DNA of 55,341 nt from the IMG/VR virus record IMGVR_UViG_3300033146_002149, positions 1 to 55,341 of that record; one strand, given 5' to 3'. Positions 28,302 through 37,194 of this stretch are shown here, piece by piece. Below the pieces are notes generated by a model that was given only the letters and a program-made list of their open reading frames with translations, was not told where the DNA came from and made no database searches. Position 1 is the first letter of the stretch, and each line of letters opens with the position of its first letter. Source of the stretch: a virus (Duplodnaviria; Caudoviricetes). A program made the translations under genes and the position numbers.

Positions 28302-30440
28302 TTATTGTTGCTTATTGTTGGTTTCTAAACCGTATTCTCGCTTACTCGGATTTGATTTGTCATTTTTTAGTTGCGTATTATCTGGCCGATTGATTTGATC
28401 AATTGTTTTTACTTCTTCCAGAGCAATCTTTTTCCCATTATTTATGATTTCAGCGGTAGTACGGGTCATATTAGATTGTTCAGTAGCCGCCTTGACATAA
28501 TTAAGTGCAGTTTCAGATTGAATATGCTCAATTTTAGCAGATAGTTCTGTCAGCTCAAGTTGTAACTTCTCCAAAGATAATTGTTCCTGCGGATCTTGTT
28601 GCTGCTCTTGAGGAAACAATGATTCGATATCTTGAACGTCCATAGCGAGTAAATAGCGACGCAAGATTTCTTGATCATTAAGACCTTGACCCCTTAGTTC
28701 TAACATTGCTTTCGCTTTCATTAAGCGCTGCATCATAGTTGTGCTATTAGGATCAGATACGGGAAGAATATCGAAGTCACTTGCAGAAAAGTCAGCCTGC
28801 ACTATTGCAGCATCATCATCTAAAGCAGTACTATAAGTCATCTGATCCAAATAAAGTGCATTAAGCCTTTTTAACTTGGCAAACTCTTTATATTGCGCAC
28901 GATGAATGCGTTTGTGAATTGAAGAATATACTCGTAAGCCCTGTTCGATTAATGCGAGAACAGATTCAGCAGGTACGTTAGCTCCAGGTGAATTGCCCGC
29001 CAGGATTTCGGTCATGCCAGCGAGTTCTTTCCCACTATCAATTAAAAGCCCTAACAAGCTAAACAATACATTAGATGGTTCACGGATAGGCATGGGGAAA
29101 ACATTCTTTCGTAAGTCATCGCCAGTTGACTCAACAGGCTTCCATTCTCCGGCCTTCAGTTGAATTGATTTTCCCCTACCTAAACGCAATCCCCGCCCAA
29201 GGAATCCCGATTGTCTATTTGAAAGTGTCCCAGCGTCTAGAAGCTGATTTAATAAAGTGTTTATTGCAGAGTTGGTGCTCATCAGAAGTGAACCGAATCC
29301 CATGCCATAGAAGCCACCGTCTATAGATGGCATAAACAAGAAACGAGTAAAATAATGTTCAGGCATAATCTTAATAATTTGATTACCGCCATCAGGTGAG
29401 CGTATGATTCCATCTGTGGCGAATCTAGCGGATATTCGAACTAACTTCTGGGTTTGCTCGTGGATAGTTACGATGTACGGTTCTTGATAGCCATCACCGT
29501 CTAGGTCGTACCACCTATGTTGTTCAAGGAATAAATGTGGAGTATCATCGTCTATGTCAGAAGTTTTATCAGATATAGCCTGACCTAATTCGGCAACATC
29601 AAATTTTGTAAACACACCAGAGTTTATTCGCTCAACTATTTCGTTATGATACAAATATATGCGATGAGTAATTCTTGGTGCTCGTTCAAATGATTCAGTA
29701 AAGTAATTAACTATTAAGTCATCAGCGAAGACCATTTGAGAAATGTTTTTTCTCTCAATAGAATCAAAATAGCTCTTTTTGAATGCACAGCCAATAGCAG
29801 GTAGTGTGAACAACAACTGATCAACGCCTTCTTCCCAGTCATCCATGTGATTTAAGACTTGGAATGACATGAACTCGGAAACACGCTGGGCTTTATCGAA
29901 CTTCAAGCCGTCTGGATCATTGCCAATTACCTTGCTTTTAACTACTTCATTCCCTTTGACTATTTCTGGATATGCCCGAGCTGCGAACTGTATACAGGCG
30001 TTAATAATTAATGGGTATTTAACATTAGCTACTACTTCCCCAGCATAAGTCTTCTTCTTTACTAACAACTTAGCCAGGTCGATGATTTGCGTATTTAAGG
30101 ATTCCCAATCTTCACGGCTAGCCAGGTCAGTTTTATATCCTTCAAAGACTTTAGTTGTCAGGTCTTTGATGATTTCATCTGATTGTTGGGGCACGAGATT
30201 TGTGATCATTACCGCAGCTTCAGCCCGCAACACTTCTTTCTCTACCACAGCATTGAACATATCATCAGATTGATCTGGAGCAATGATATCGGATACTGCT
30301 TCTTCAGATGCCCATACCGGCGGAGTGGAATCCATCCCAGGTTGAGGGACTTCAAGATTATTATCATCAACTAACATGGAATCATCCATAATTGAAGAAA
30401 CATCATTTTGGTTTGGGATTATAAAATCATCAACTGCCAT
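28302..30440 (-). CDS. Portal protein
   Basis: 712 aa directly after TerL. SREDWE...ANVKYPLI...QFAARAYPEI...GCAFKKSYFD...GFYGMG...QLLDAGTLSN...GEWKPV, plus a C-terminal coiled barrel. Confidence 0.88.
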   Translation of the reverse strand: MAVDDFIIPNQNDVSSIMDDSMLVDDNNLEVPQPGMDSTPPVWASEEAVSDIIAPDQSDDMFNAVVEKEVLRAEAAVMITNLVPQQSDEIIKDLTTKVFEGYKTDLASREDWESLNTQIIDLAKLLVKKKTYAGEVVANVKYPLIINACIQFAARAYPEIVKGNEVVKSKVIGNDPDGLKFDKAQRVSEFMSFQVLNHMDDWEEGVDQLLFTLPAIGCAFKKSYFDSIERKNISQMVFADDLIVNYFTESFERAPRITHRIYLYHNEIVERINSGVFTKFDVAELGQAISDKTSDIDDDTPHLFLEQHRWYDLDGDGYQEPYIVTIHEQTQKLVRISARFATDGIIRSPDGGNQIIKIMPEHYFTRFLFMPSIDGGFYGMGFGSLLMSTNSAINTLLNQLLDAGTLSNRQSGFLGRGLRLGRGKSIQLKAGEWKPVESTGDDLRKNVFPMPIREPSNVLFSLLGLLIDSGKELAGMTEILAGNSPGANVPAESVLALIEQGLRVYSSIHKRIHRAQYKEFAKLKRLNALYLDQMTYSTALDDDAAIVQADFSASDFDILPVSDPNSTTMMQRLMKAKAMLELRGQGLNDQEILRRYLLAMDVQDIESLFPQEQQQDPQEQLSLEKLQLELTELSAKIEHIQSETALNYVKAATEQSNMTRTTAEIINNGKKIALEEVKTIDQINRPDNTQLKNDKSNPSKREYGLETNNKQQ

Positions 30441-30441
30441 A

Positions 30442-32496
30442 TTAATAACCTGTAATTAAATTAGCTTCAACTTCATTAAAAATATCTGATTCCTCATAAG
30501 CTTCGAGTTCCCAATATGGCCTTGCTACCGCTCGATCCAGGCCAGACATGACTAAGTAGCGAACACAATCCATTAAATGATCATTTGATTTTACAATCTT
30601 CCCGTTTTCGTCCCGTCTGTAGATGCGAAATTCTGAAAACCAATTGACCAACGATGAGAATACTTTTAACCGGTTTGTGGATAGCATTTGCCATACTTTG
30701 TACAGGCCAGCTTCTACGGATTTATTAGCGTTAGATATATCAAGACCGTGATCTAAATAGATTTGAAACATTTGCTTACCATCTTCTTGTGACCTGCCGT
30801 GAGCAGCAGAATCAATTACGCCTGGAATCCATAACCCGCGAGCTTTAATGCCTTCAGCGTGAATAACAGGCTCTGCTTGACCTTGATAGTACTCAGAGTA
30901 TAAGTAAGTTATCTTTGCTGTAGGATCAGTAGCCGCCCATAAACATGCAGTTTTCTTCCATCCGATATCTAAGGCATAACAGCGGTGCCAATGTTCGGGG
31001 ATTTGAAAATCTGCCACAGTAATGTTAGATTCTTGGATTGGGAATATTGCCCCAGAACCAAGTTGAGGAATACCTTTTGACCTGGCTTCTCGTTGGTGGG
31101 GAGGTAATGCGGCAAACAGCTTGTCTTTCTGCTCTTTAGTAAGATGTGGAGCATCATCCCAGGTTGCCATTACCAAGCATTTGCTACCATCTTGACGTTC
31201 CTTCACCTCTCCGTCAGGCATAAACTGCATAACGGTGTCCGTGAGGCCTTCCAACGGGGTGAATGTAAGCATGATCAGGCCGTTTGTAGTCATGGTTCGA
31301 GTTACGCACTCAACGTATATGGACATCGGGCATTCTTCATCCAACCAAATTAAGTCTTGCTCTGTACCTTCGAATGATTTTCTGCCTTCAGCATATGACT
31401 TGATCTTACAGCGTGAAATTCCACCAGATATATGCTTCACGAGGATGGTATCTACTGCATTTGGAACGCCACCGGCCTTGGGAGTAGTCTTAATGATGTG
31501 TTTTTTCGGAATTAGTCCGGTACCAAATTCTTCTGGATTCCCAATGAGCTTGAGTTGTACGATATCTCTAGCGGTAGTGGATGTTGTTCCTGCTGCCCAG
31601 CATGTTATAGGGCGAGTGAATCGATGACCTTCCCACCAATCTGGATACCTACCGGTTAGATGCAACGTAGTTTCATATGCACCGATGCCTTCAGAGTTAT
31701 GGGTAACAATTCCACCAGTAAGAATAAAAGTATGTTCTGAATGAGATACTTCAATACAAGTACACGGAGCTGTTTCACCTAAATTAATTTGTGTTATTTG
31801 ACAATCAATAAGGTGACTATCTAATTGTTGTGTGTTTTTGAGATAATTTTCACTTTGAGTAAAATAGTCTTCAGTGATCGGGAGGCAGTTGCCGCTGCTA
31901 TTAAGATGAACAACTCTTGGAACAAAAATAACTTTCCCAGCAACAATAAATTTAATAAGTTGTTCCGTATTTGTGACTTCCGGAAAGTTGTTTGTTAATA
32001 ACTCTTTGGCAGTGATGTCTTGTGACTGGCTGTCTTGTGACTGGCTGGACAATTGTCGTTGCCGTAGGCCGGAGGAATATTTCCAAAGATGTTCACCACA
32101 ACAAGTTACCTCTTCATCGGAATCAAAGAGTATTTTATAAAGTTGTTTTTCTCCTTGAGGATAAATACCAATAACATCGGTCAATGAACCATCAGCTGCA
32201 ATAACAACCTCACCTAAAATAAGCTCCTCAATAGCTTTCCATCCATATGGAGTAGCTACTTGAGTTCCATGCTTAAGAGCTTTGCCTATCCTATTTGCAG
32301 CCATAATACATCGTTCAGAGTATTCTGTGCCGAGTTGAAAGAACTTCATGTGCTTGGGATAATTGAATCTTGATAGCAGGCCAGTTTTAGGATAATATTG
32401 ATCTAGCTTGGCTTGTTTTAAGCGGAGGTTTTTTGCTCGCAGAAGTTTTAAATACTCTTCTTTGGAATCCCTATCCATTGTGGAAATATCAACCAT
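30442..32496 (-). CDS. terL: Terminase large subunit containing an intein
   Basis: Walker A MAANRIGK|S is split by an insertion; Walker B LIWLDEE; LTFTP; nuclease ALDIG and NDHLMDCVRY. Confidence 0.93.
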   Translation of the reverse strand: MVDISTMDRDSKEEYLKLLRAKNLRLKQAKLDQYYPKTGLLSRFNYPKHMKFFQLGTEYSERCIMAANRIGKALKHGTQVATPYGWKAIEELILGEVVIAADGSLTDVIGIYPQGEKQLYKILFDSDEEVTCCGEHLWKYSSGLRQRQLSSQSQDSQSQDITAKELLTNNFPEVTNTEQLIKFIVAGKVIFVPRVVHLNSSGNCLPITEDYFTQSENYLKNTQQLDSHLIDCQITQINLGETAPCTCIEVSHSEHTFILTGGIVTHNSEGIGAYETTLHLTGRYPDWWEGHRFTRPITCWAAGTTSTTARDIVQLKLIGNPEEFGTGLIPKKHIIKTTPKAGGVPNAVDTILVKHISGGISRCKIKSYAEGRKSFEGTEQDLIWLDEECPMSIYVECVTRTMTTNGLIMLTFTPLEGLTDTVMQFMPDGEVKERQDGSKCLVMATWDDAPHLTKEQKDKLFAALPPHQREARSKGIPQLGSGAIFPIQESNITVADFQIPEHWHRCYALDIGWKKTACLWAATDPTAKITYLYSEYYQGQAEPVIHAEGIKARGLWIPGVIDSAAHGRSQEDGKQMFQIYLDHGLDISNANKSVEAGLYKVWQMLSTNRLKVFSSLVNWFSEFRIYRRDENGKIVKSNDHLMDCVRYLVMSGLDRAVARPYWELEAYEESDIFNEVEANLITGY
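31696..32280 (-). mobile_element. 195-aa mini-intein (class 3 signature) in the TerL P-loop
   Basis: Starts ALKHGTQVATPYGWKAIEEL, block B VTCCGEHLW, block F PCTCIEV, ends IVTHN followed by Ser+1. No homing endonuclease motif visible. Confidence 0.88.
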
Positions 32497-32498
32497 TG

Positions 32499-33056
32499 TT
32501 AATCAGCCATATTGCGAAAAGGATCAAAAAGAACGTTTTCTAAAATAGTTTCATCATCTAGCGAAGTGGAAGCTTCAATAGGTGGAAAATCACCAGGAGT
32601 ATCTGGAGTATCTGGAGCAGATTCTTCTTTTGGTTTATTGGTGTTGATTGAATTTTCCATGGCTGCGATTTCTGCGTCGATTTCCTCATCCGTCTTGGTT
32701 TGTAAAGTCATGTCGATGGTAAGTTTATCGGGGGCTTTATAGCCATTGCGGTCGAGTATGTCTTTAGCGGCTGATAGTTGGACATTAAAAGGTGCTTTCT
32801 GCTTAACATCTAAAATTCTACTAAATGCGGAAAGAGCATCTTCGTTTAGGGCAATCAATTTTTTACGTACATCGATTGTGGATTCTTTCATTTTGTCATG
32901 TAGGCCGTTCATGTAAGCTTTGCCTAAAGGTGAATGAAGAATAATTGATACGGTGCTTGGGGTTATTTCCAGTTTTTCAGATATCTCGTTATTAGTGAAT
33001 CCATTGAAGGACATTTGGATTATGTTGCGATGGCGAGCTTTGAGTTCTTTTAGCAT
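32499..33056 (-). CDS. terS: Terminase small subunit (N-terminal HTH)
   Basis: GFTNNEISEKLEITPSTVSIIL HTH and AAKDILDRNG motif, directly upstream of terL. Start placed at MLKELK (33056, GAAGGTG upstream) rather than at 33164. Confidence 0.75.
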   Translation of the reverse strand: MLKELKARHRNIIQMSFNGFTNNEISEKLEITPSTVSIILHSPLGKAYMNGLHDKMKESTIDVRKKLIALNEDALSAFSRILDVKQKAPFNVQLSAAKDILDRNGYKAPDKLTIDMTLQTKTDEEIDAEIAAMENSINTNKPKEESAPDTPDTPGDFPPIEASTSLDDETILENVLFDPFRNMAD

Positions 33057-33296
33057 AAGGGCACCTTCAATTGGGATGATAGTTAAAAATGGTGGAACTG
33101 CTTTAATAGATAGAGCTTTCTGTGAGGGTAGTTTAACTGTACCACGTAATGGGTTTGGTGTCAAGGGAAATTAACAGGTTTTTGAAAATAGTTGATAGGT
33201 GTGTTTTGTGCCGGAAAGCCTCCCTTATAAATATGCGACTCTAATATATAATAGGCAAGTTGAAAGAAATACTCAGTTGTTTTTTGAAAACTGGCC

Positions 33297-33310
33297 GTTC
33301 ACAAGTGAAC
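33297..33310. promoter_or_regulatory. Palindromic operator-like box, copy 2
   Basis: actggccGTTCACAAGTGAAC upstream of terS. Confidence 0.6.
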
Positions 33311-33487
33311 CGACTTTTTAAAAGGAGTCATTGTGAAAAACTGTTTGCTCCATTCTTGTATATAGACAAGTAAAAGCACTATCAGAAAACCGAGGCATCC
33401 TTATATAGAGATTGTGCGTACCTTAATTGAAAGCAGCAGCCAACAGGTAACAGCAGCCAATTGGTTAAGGATACCTGATGGTAGGTA

Positions 33488-33560
33488 GCTAAAAATAATA
33501 AATAGCTAAAAATAATAAATATCTAAAAATGGGTAAGGATATAAAAATAGGTAAGGATAT
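33488..33560 (+). repeat. Short tandem repeats
   Basis: GCTAAAAATAATAAATA x~2.5 (17-bp unit), then GGTAAGGATAT x2. Confidence 0.7.
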
Positions 33561-33620
33561 GTTATAATAGTGACAAGTTCAGAATAATAAACCCTGGCAA
33601 ACAGCATGATTATGTAATGA

Positions 33621-33842
33621 TATCAACTAGTTACAGCATACTCACCACATGTTTACCTTATAACGGTTTACAATTTTAAACTTCAGCAAACTGACTAAAC
33701 ATCCAATGATTTCAGGTAGTTATGGTTATTTTGGAGTAATAATCATGATAGTTGGTTCATTATCCTAAACTTTTAACCCCACCATGGGGGTAAGGAGGCT
33801 AAACAGGGGTATAGCATAATGAGTAATGATATCAGTGGGTTG
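33621..33842 (+). promoter_or_regulatory. Three IHF-like binding sites
   Basis: TATCAACTAGTTA (33621-33633), TTTCAGGTAGTTA (33710-33722) and TATCAGTGGGTTG (33830-33842) versus the consensus WATCARNNNNTTR; all are preceded by AATGA. Confidence 0.65.
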
Positions 33843-33870
33843 TGAGATAAATCGGGCTTTGTCGGGTACT

Positions 33871-33886
33871 TGGCACAGGGTTTGCA
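33871..33886 (+). promoter_or_regulatory. sigma54 (RpoN) -24/-12 promoter
   Basis: TGGCAC-AGGGT-TTGCA is an exact match to TGGCAC-N5-TTGCW, 75 bp upstream of the first plus-strand ORF. Confidence 0.75.
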
Positions 33887-33960
33887 ATGATAACCAAACA
33901 AGTAGAAAAAAGTTTTTCTGCTAAAACATTTTAACCTTTATCTAGTAGGGAGAAACAAAC

Positions 33961-34161
33961 ATGAATAACATACAAAAGATGATAGCAACCTTACGTTGTG
34001 CAAAACAAGAAGTTAGACAGATTGAATATGAGTTAAACCAAGAACTTATGACTCTTGACAGCGGGATAAAACAGGCATACTTGCAAGGGATTATTAAGTT
34101 TAATTTTACCGTGATGCCATACACCATTGAAAAGATGCAAAAAGAGCTGGGGGAAAGATAA
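33961..34161 (+). CDS. Hypothetical protein
   Basis: 66 aa, RBS AGGGAGA; first gene after the sigma54 motif. Confidence 0.6.
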   Translation: MNNIQKMIATLRCAKQEVRQIEYELNQELMTLDSGIKQAYLQGIIKFNFTVMPYTIEKMQKELGER

Positions 34162-34163
34162 AA

Positions 34164-34415
34164 ATGAGTAAAAAATTCATTATTGGATTAGATAGTAAAA
34201 ATGAAGCGCTAACAAAGTGGCTGGTTAAAGAGTTGACTGATTATTTCCATGAGTTAGGGATAACCATAATAAGGACAACTCAAGAAAAAAATGTTTCTCG
34301 AGCAAGATTGCTATGCTCCAAAGATATGGAGCAACAAAGTTATGAAGCAACAATTGATTTGTTACAAAAACATTTAGGCGGTCTGAACCTTGTTTTTAGT
34401 CCAGTTAATTCGTAA
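34164..34415 (+). CDS. Hypothetical protein
   Basis: 83 aa, starts 2 nt after the previous stop. Confidence 0.55.
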   Translation: MSKKFIIGLDSKNEALTKWLVKELTDYFHELGITIIRTTQEKNVSRARLLCSKDMEQQSYEATIDLLQKHLGGLNLVFSPVNS

Positions 34416-34425
34416 TATACTAAAT

Positions 34426-34454
34426 AATGTACTGGTCATAAGATCGGTACATTT
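34426..34454 (+). terminator. Intergenic hairpin
   Basis: AATGTACTGGTC-ATAA-GATCGGTACATT stem (with G-U pairs). Confidence 0.45.
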
Positions 34455-34495
34455 AAAACATTTAATAAAAAGCATTTAATAAAAAGGAAATTATC

Positions 34496-34987
34496 ATGAC
34501 AACAGAAGTGAAAACATCACAGAGTATTTATATTACATTGGATACATTGACAACTGAAACATCTGTACCTGGACAAAGCCCAAAAATGCAAAAACATACA
34601 TTACCACGTAAGGCATTCCCTACCAGTGAAGAGTTTGAAAATGAAGAGTTGTTGCTAGCATGGACGGAAAAGAATAAGGTAACTCACGCCTGCTTGCAAA
34701 AAGGTATCAAAGCGCATTTAATTGACATTCGAGCAAAGTTTAAATCATGCAAAAAAGATGATACATGGTCGAATGAATATGGGCAAAAAAATGTAAATGC
34801 TTATCCATGGGAGGTGCAAACCCGTCCGAATAGCAAACAAAATGAGGCAAAAGCAGCAGTTTTGACCGCTGGAATGGATATGGGAACCGCAATGAAAGCT
34901 GCTGGCCTAACAGATGAGTTAATCAGAATAAGCTTGCTTCCAGTATATGGTAAAAATGACACTGAAATGATCCTAGCTAAGTTGTAA
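34496..34987 (+). CDS. Hypothetical protein
   Basis: 163 aa, RBS AAGGA. Confidence 0.65.
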   Translation: MTTEVKTSQSIYITLDTLTTETSVPGQSPKMQKHTLPRKAFPTSEEFENEELLLAWTEKNKVTHACLQKGIKAHLIDIRAKFKSCKKDDTWSNEYGQKNVNAYPWEVQTRPNSKQNEAKAAVLTAGMDMGTAMKAAGLTDELIRISLLPVYGKNDTEMILAKL

Positions 34988-35008
34988 ATGTAACAGTAGT
35001 TAAAGCCC

Positions 35009-35044
35009 ATAAGGTTAGTAAGTGTAACAACTTGCTGGCCTTAT
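35009..35044 (+). terminator. Hairpin after the three-gene operon
   Basis: ATAAGGTTAGTAAGT / ACTTGCTGGCCTTAT stem; no strong U-tract. Confidence 0.45.
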
Positions 35045-35398
35045 CCGTGTTTGAATCATGATACTTGTTAAGACAACCCTTTTAGGGGATGATGACCTTG
35101 TAGGGTAGGGCATATTTGGATTGGAAGGTCAGGAGATGGGTTGTCAAGTGAAAGGGTTGTTACAAGTATGCGTGGTCTGGCGTCCGTGGGATATTATGAC
35201 CCGGAGAACCGCTTAAAAATGCCTATCCTGCACGTTTTTAGCATCATAAGACCGTGGTTAGAGGGTAAACACGTCTAACCATACCAATAATTAGCCTACC
35301 GCACTAAAAACCACCATGCTCGTCCCCGCCTGTACCAATAGTGACAAGCATACTTCCAGCCATTCTAGCCTGTTCCCCAGTAGAATGGTTCCTGAGTT

Positions 35399-35622
35399 GG
35401 GTGTGGTAATGTTTACGAAAACATTGACCTCCCCCCCCCTGCGTAAAATAGGAGTAGATAGGAGTAAATAGGAGGCATTAGATGTTACGTATGATACGTA
35501 ACAATTAGTTCTTCATTTTTTTTTTGTAACTTTAAAAAGGAGGTATAGCTCTATATGTAACCCTATATATCATATTCTCGTACAGGGGGGGAGGTGAATG
35601 TTTACGTAAAACTTCACCCACC
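35399..35622. repeat. Large imperfect inverted repeat (~50-bp arms) with an internal perfect palindrome
   Basis: 35399-35450 (...AATGTTTACGAAAACATTGACCTCCCCCCCCCTG...) pairs with 35573-35622 (...CAGGGGGGGAGGTGAATGTTTACGTAAAAC...). TGTTACGTAT-G-ATACGTAACA lies at 35483-35503. Confidence 0.8.
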
Positions 35623-35690
35623 ATCAAGTTATGCCCACCATCAAGTTATAACCAAGCATAAGTTATAACCAAGCATAAGTTAGCCAGCAT
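35617..35690 (+). repeat. Iteron-like 17-bp tandem repeats
   Basis: CCCACCATCAAGTTAT(G/A) x2, then ACCAAGCATAAGTTA(TA/G) x2. Confidence 0.75.
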
Positions 35691-35873
35691 TTTTTTGGGT
35701 TCAGGCGGTTATTTAGGGTCGTCGGCACCACGGTTGCTACGCACGGCGCGTTTCACGCCATGTTTCACGGGCTTTAAACATTTTTACCTAGAATCATACC
35801 GGGCATACCCGGGCATACCCAATCAACCATTTTGACCACGTTTTTGTTAGGCAAATTATTTTTCACTTTTTTG

Positions 35874-35903
35874 TTGACAGGCGCACCGGAGCCGTGATAT
35901 AGG
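35874..35903 (+). promoter_or_regulatory. Putative sigma70 early promoter
   Basis: TTGACA-18-TATAGG with TG extension and a T-tract UP-like element. Confidence 0.5.
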
Positions 35904-35976
35904 TATAACCGTATCAAGTAAACATCACAACAGGCCACAGAATATACTTTCCACTTTTTTACCCAAAGGAGCTTTT

Positions 35977-36303
35977 ATGATCTTATGCAATCGTTGTGGT
36001 TATTGTTGCTGCAATTATGCAGTAATAATTGTTAAACCAACAATTGTTAAACCAAGCCTAATCATAGCAGAACTTTCATCAGATGCCTTCACCTTATTTA
36101 ATGGAGATGGTACAACTTGTTGCCCACACTTAACTTGGGAAAACAATCAAGCAGTTTGCCTTTTACATGATTATAGTTGGTTCAAAGATTTACCATGCCA
36201 CCAATATAATCACAACCTTATTTGTATGATTGGTCAATATGTTGTAAAGAATAATAAGAGTAATCCTTATCAATATTTAAAACCTTATTTTGTGAAGCAA
36301 TAA
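35977..36303 (+). CDS. CxxCxxCC (YkgJ-like) Cys-cluster protein
   Basis: CNRCGYCC...CPHL...C..H...PC; RBS AAGGAG. Confidence 0.7.
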   Translation: MILCNRCGYCCCNYAVIIVKPTIVKPSLIIAELSSDAFTLFNGDGTTCCPHLTWENNQAVCLLHDYSWFKDLPCHQYNHNLICMIGQYVVKNNKSNPYQYLKPYFVKQ

Positions 36304-36379
36304 ACTTAGGAGCCACAGCATTTTACAAAGATGAGATTCATTATATTGATACTACAAAATTATTTAAAGAGGTATTATC

Positions 36380-36538
36380 ATGGAAATATTAGCAATTATT
36401 ACAATTGGACTAGTTATAATCATTAAAGTTATTCAACAAGATAAAATACGCCAGCAGGCTAGGTATACCGAAAGACTCCGCCTAGCCTTGTATTTGAGAG
36501 ATCAACGACTTGCTGAAACAATCCTAAGTTTAAACTAA
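36380..36538 (+). CDS. Small membrane-anchored protein (52 aa, below the track cutoff)
   Basis: RBS AGAGGT; MEILAIITIGLVIIIKVIQQDKIRQQARY... Confidence 0.55.
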   Translation: MEILAIITIGLVIIIKVIQQDKIRQQARYTERLRLALYLRDQRLAETILSLN

Positions 36539-36622
36539 CCCAATTGTGAAGCAGCAAGCAAGGAGTTAAACAAAAGAAGTAACAGCATCTTACAAATAAT
36601 TTAACGCCCAAGGAGCCTCACC

Positions 36623-36808
36623 ATGAAGAAATATATCACCACTAACAGCAGGCACACGTCAAATGATTCAAAACTCCATTCCATGCGAACCTTCCCACGT
36701 AAATATGGACAGATATTTGACTCAGAAAAAGAAAAAACTGACTTTATCTCAATATCAGTTACTAAACTGATTAATAAGATTCAAAATGAGCGAAGCATCA
36801 TCAGGTAG
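36623..36808 (+). CDS. Hypothetical early protein
   Basis: 61 aa, RBS AAGGAG. Confidence 0.5.
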   Translation: MKKYITTNSRHTSNDSKLHSMRTFPRKYGQIFDSEKEKTDFISISVTKLINKIQNERSIIR

Positions 36809-36882
36809 GCCAGCCTAACAGCTTTAATTGTTTAATAGTTTAACAGGGCAAGGATTTATTCTTGCCCTAATTGGAGAACATT

Positions 36883-37179
36883 ATGTCAACTTTGACGCAC
36901 TTACTAGATAAAAAACATGAGCTTTTGATAATCCTATATAGTGATAAGCAAGCAGACTTGGAACCATACACACAATATTACACAACCGACCAGGCCTTAC
37001 AATCAGGGAATGTAATCAGCACGACTAAATCAACGATCCTTCCCGTGATTAAGGCTATCATCTTAGATGGAAGTATCAGTCATTTTGAGGTCATCTATAT
37101 TGATCTTTCACCAAAAATTCCAGTAGCATCTTTATTTGATGCCAACGGACAGGTTAAGTCTTTCTTTATTATGTACTAA
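36883..37179 (+). CDS. Hypothetical early protein
   Basis: RBS GGAGA precedes the ATG at 36883 (the track starts at TTG 36871). Confidence 0.55.
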   Translation: MSTLTHLLDKKHELLIILYSDKQADLEPYTQYYTTDQALQSGNVISTTKSTILPVIKAIILDGSISHFEVIYIDLSPKIPVASLFDANGQVKSFFIMY

Positions 37180-37194
37180 CAAGGAGTAATAACC

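Noticed and set aside
33057-33164. N-terminal extension of TerS as given in the track
   Set aside because: It uses a TTG start without an RBS; the downstream ATG at 33056 has an RBS and begins the HTH domain.
75-33174. Many short plus-strand ORFs in the track across the structural arm, and minus-strand ORFs across the replication arm
   Set aside because: They are antisense or out-of-frame shadows of long, motif-bearing genes, and lack RBS or recognisable motifs.
35617-35690. Possible mini-CRISPR array
   Set aside because: The repeats are contiguous 17-mers without unique spacers. The Cas4-like gene is in a Sak4/SSB recombination context with no other cas genes.
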